Assembly: GCA_002269645.1 (NCBI GenBank)
Contig: NIVC01001207.1
Coordinates: forward strand, 147,541 to 211,540
Direction of reading: 5' to 3'
DNA from: Macrostomum lignano
Taxonomy: Eukaryota
DNA: 64,000 nucleotides
Position numbers and translations under genes: made by a program
Notes under the pieces: generated by a model
Database searches by the model: none
What the model was told of the DNA's origin: nothing
The model's input: only the letters and a program-made list of their open reading frames with translations
In this document: piece after piece, positions 39,461 to 64,000 of the stretch
Layout of the letters: each line of letters starts with the position of its first letter
How positions within the stretch are numbered: the first letter of the stretch is position 1

Positions 39461-40583
39461 CTGTACTGTAATTTTGTAAAACAAACAAAAATGGCAAATG
39501 CGAATATGCCCGATGCCCTTATCTGTTTTGAGCAATCATTCTTGTAACATGGACGTTGCCCTATAATCTGTACGTCTGGCCTGTAGTCTGTTAATCATTA
39601 TCACAGTTCATTTAATCAAAAAATAAAAATTAAATAATTGTATCAGACGAGTCAGTAAATTACTAGATTTTCAAATATATTCTTTGAACATAAGCTTAAC
39701 TTCTTTTTTGTAGTGCTTGAACCTCTCTCAAGCGATTCATCTAAAATGAGACAAATCAGGCTAATCTTCATATGGTTTTTTTAGACTAAAGTCAGAACCA
39801 AACAGGGATATTTTTGTTTCGTTCTAAATTTAATTTCCATATAAATTTAACATCGCATGACTCTCAGGTTTTTGTTGAATATCTAACAAAAATGTCTTCA
39901 GTAAGTTTCCTTGCGCCAATAATTTGTGCCTAATTTAAGGTCTCATCAACTGATATGTAGTTTTTTTTATTGCTCCGTACAGCAAATAACTGTATTTACT
40001 ACTTTATGCAAGTACTTTACTACTTAGGGCAGCGTCCATTACATCATAGACAATCATTACATGTATGTATTAGTGGCTTATAATATTGCATGAATTGATC
40101 AGTTATATCTGACTTATTAAATTTTACTTTACCGAAGGCTACTTTATACTAACTATTAACTTAATGGAGCATAATATTTTATTTAGTTTTAACTTTTTGT
40201 ACCCAAAACCGCAGTCTACTAGCAACTGAATTTTTCGAGTCTTTTAGTTAACGTTGAAATTGAATCCGCAGCGTTATATTATAAGAAATTCTATAAATAA
40301 ATTTCCTCTTTGCATTTTAGATTGTTTGAATATGTTCAGAAAAGGAAACAATTTAGATTTTGTGTTATATCAAGAAAAATGGAGTACACAATCTTTTAGT
40401 ACAACGCGCGAATCTACCCAAGCTATTTGCAATTTTAATATCGAATTAGAGTCAATATCTAGAAACTCTTATTGTACAGATTAGTACGAAGTACAATTAA
40501 ATAAATAGCTCACTGCTTATTTATCGCAAATTAATTCTAATTAATCATCTGTGAAATTAAATTATTTAATCAAAAGTGCTCAA

Positions 40584-56652
<16,069 letters not shown>

Positions 56653-57610
56653 TACCAGCGGTTGTGAGGCGGAGAATGAACTGCATCCTCTATCAGCTCT
56701 CATCTTGGCTTCATGGACAATTTTAAAGTAGGAAGTTCAGGCCAAGAATGAAACTAATTAAGTTGATAATTTCATTGAAAAATCATCATCACTTGAGTCT
56801 AAAAATGAAATTTTGTAGTTTTAAACATCTCTAGTTGATTGTGTTTAACAAAGAAACGTTTGTTATTGCTATTGTTATTATTAGTATAGCATTTTCCAAG
56901 ATAACTCAGATTGAGCTGCTTGCTCCCAAGGCTCAATGGGTTCGGAGAATGCTCTATTATTATTACGAGCGTAGTATTCTATATAAACTTGCCAATTTAG
57001 AGACAGACTTTCTTTTGGGAAAAATATTCAATTTTTGGAACTAATTTATTCATTGAGACCCCGACCAACAAAAATGATAAATATTCTCAAGTTTTGTGTA
57101 TTACTTTTTTACTAATTCATTATTGTCTAACCGAGATTCTTAAAACAAATATTTACTAACAGTTTGGATGAAAACCATTCGAGAAACAAAATCTTGCCCG
57201 TTTTTTAAATAAAAGTACAAGTAAAATATAAAAGTACACCTCGGTTGTTTCGACTTGATCCGCGTTTATTACTTTCTTTAACTTAGGAGACTAAAATTAT
57301 GAGGCAAAGACAGTGAGTGCATTCTGTACGAGCTGCATTGCTGGGTCGGCGGCAAGTCTCCAAAAAAAATTGATATTCCGCACATTAATGCAATGAAAAT
57401 AAATGCTTGACTGGCAATAATGGTTTTTGTACTTGTATAGTGCAATGGATAATGCAAATGTAAGTACTTCATCGGTATTAATAAAATTAAACTCCTACAA
57501 TAATAGCTAGAAATAATTTGTTTAATTTCGCAGATTTTCGTTGTGTTATTTGGTGCAGTGGGAGATGAACTTTAGTCAGCATCCTCCACTGCATCCTCAC
57601 CAGGATCTCA

Positions 57611-63048
<5,438 letters not shown>

Positions 63049-63289
63049 CTAAGTTTCAATAAACAACGTTGTGTCAAGTAAGAACTACTTATAATTCACA
63101 AGACGCGCAGGGCTATGCTTGCATGAGTCCCTTCTTGCAACTCAAGACCATAGACAATATTCTCATGCTCAGTCTGGAGTTGTGTGAGGGCATTTCAGAT
63201 TTCAATTAATCCTTTTATCTCTTAGGGGGATGTCTGTTGTGACTCTTACATCATGTACTTAGCGATGGCGCTAATAAAACCCTGGACGT

Positions 63290-63458
63290 CGCCCCTAGCT
63301 GGCGCCCCTGATTAGCGCCCTTGATTGGCACCCCTGATTGGCGCCCCTGATTAGGGCCTCTGATTGGCACCCCTGATTGGCGCCCCTGATTAGCAACCCT
63401 GATTGGCGCCCCTGAATAGGGCCCTTGGTTAGCGCCCCTTATTGGCGCCCCTGAATAG
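63290..63458 (+). repeat. Degenerate GGCGCCCCTGATT tandem repeat
   Basis: About 12 variants of a 13-14-bp unit. Confidence 0.85.
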
Positions 63459-63927
63459 CGCAATGCATTCTCAAGAGCATACTAAATGCACTGGCGATAC
63501 GATAAATATACTAGCTAGCTCGTATATTACTTACCAGACTTTAAGCTCAAGTTATATCTTATCTGTTATCTGTTATTTTCAGCGACACTTATGCAGGGAC
63601 TGCGGGTTTGCGAAGGCCAGTCCCGAACTGTAACTTTACGATTGCCAAGTGTTAAGACGGAAGCTCTGCTTGCAAAAGCCAATCTTCATTCATTCAGTAA
63701 ATGACTTGGCTGCTTTAACGGCCCGGCCGGCCGGAAAGTTTGTTGTTGGCTTCAACTGCAAAGTCAAATATGTTCTTTAATACTGAAACAACTGCACTTA
63801 TTAGTTTTCAGTTCTAACCTAAAACTAAATAAGTAATCTAATTATGATTAGAGGTTTACAGTGAGTTTATTTCCCTCATTCAAGGCAGCTAGTCCCATTT
63901 TTTAGTTTTTTAGAGGCAGAAGTCTGC

Positions 63928-64000
63928 GTGCGCCCTGGCGCACTTTAAGCGACATTGTCACACAACCGGCGAGAGGCATTGCTGCCCATTTCACCGACTC
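63928..64000 (-). mobile_element. Family 2 SINE-like 3' end, cut by the window edge
   Basis: GGCGCACTTTAAGCGACATTGTCACACAACCGGCGAGAGGCATT identical to about 31718-31760. Confidence 0.65.

Overview
Eukaryotic (animal) genomic DNA with GT-AG introns, GC-rich exons and very dense tandem repeats. The look (giant (TTAG)n/(ATTG)n arrays, short basal introns, polyQ/polyA exons) suggests a lophotrochozoan, possibly a Macrostomum-like flatworm; this is inference only. Six spliced genes were assembled by hand with phase-consistent junctions: the 3' part of an SLC6 amino-acid transporter (+), a two-exon orphan Gly/Ala-rich membrane protein (+), a DEG/ENaC channel (-), a Shaw/Kv3 K+ channel (-), a 25-exon WDR49 orthologue (+) and an unidentified multi-exon gene (-). 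Mobile DNA: two RTE-type LINE fragments (one with a 9-bp TSD), a 3' fragment of another LINE, a tRNA-derived CORE-SINE family (3 copies), a second tRNA-headed SINE family, a hAT-type MITE with 8-bp TSD and a long-TIR foldback element. The most striking pattern is that most enlarged introns are a roughly 50-140 nt basal intron inflated by its own private minisatellite, often abutting or duplicating splice sites. No CRISPR, rRNA or bona fide tRNA genes. Most long ORFs in the supplied track are repeat artefacts.
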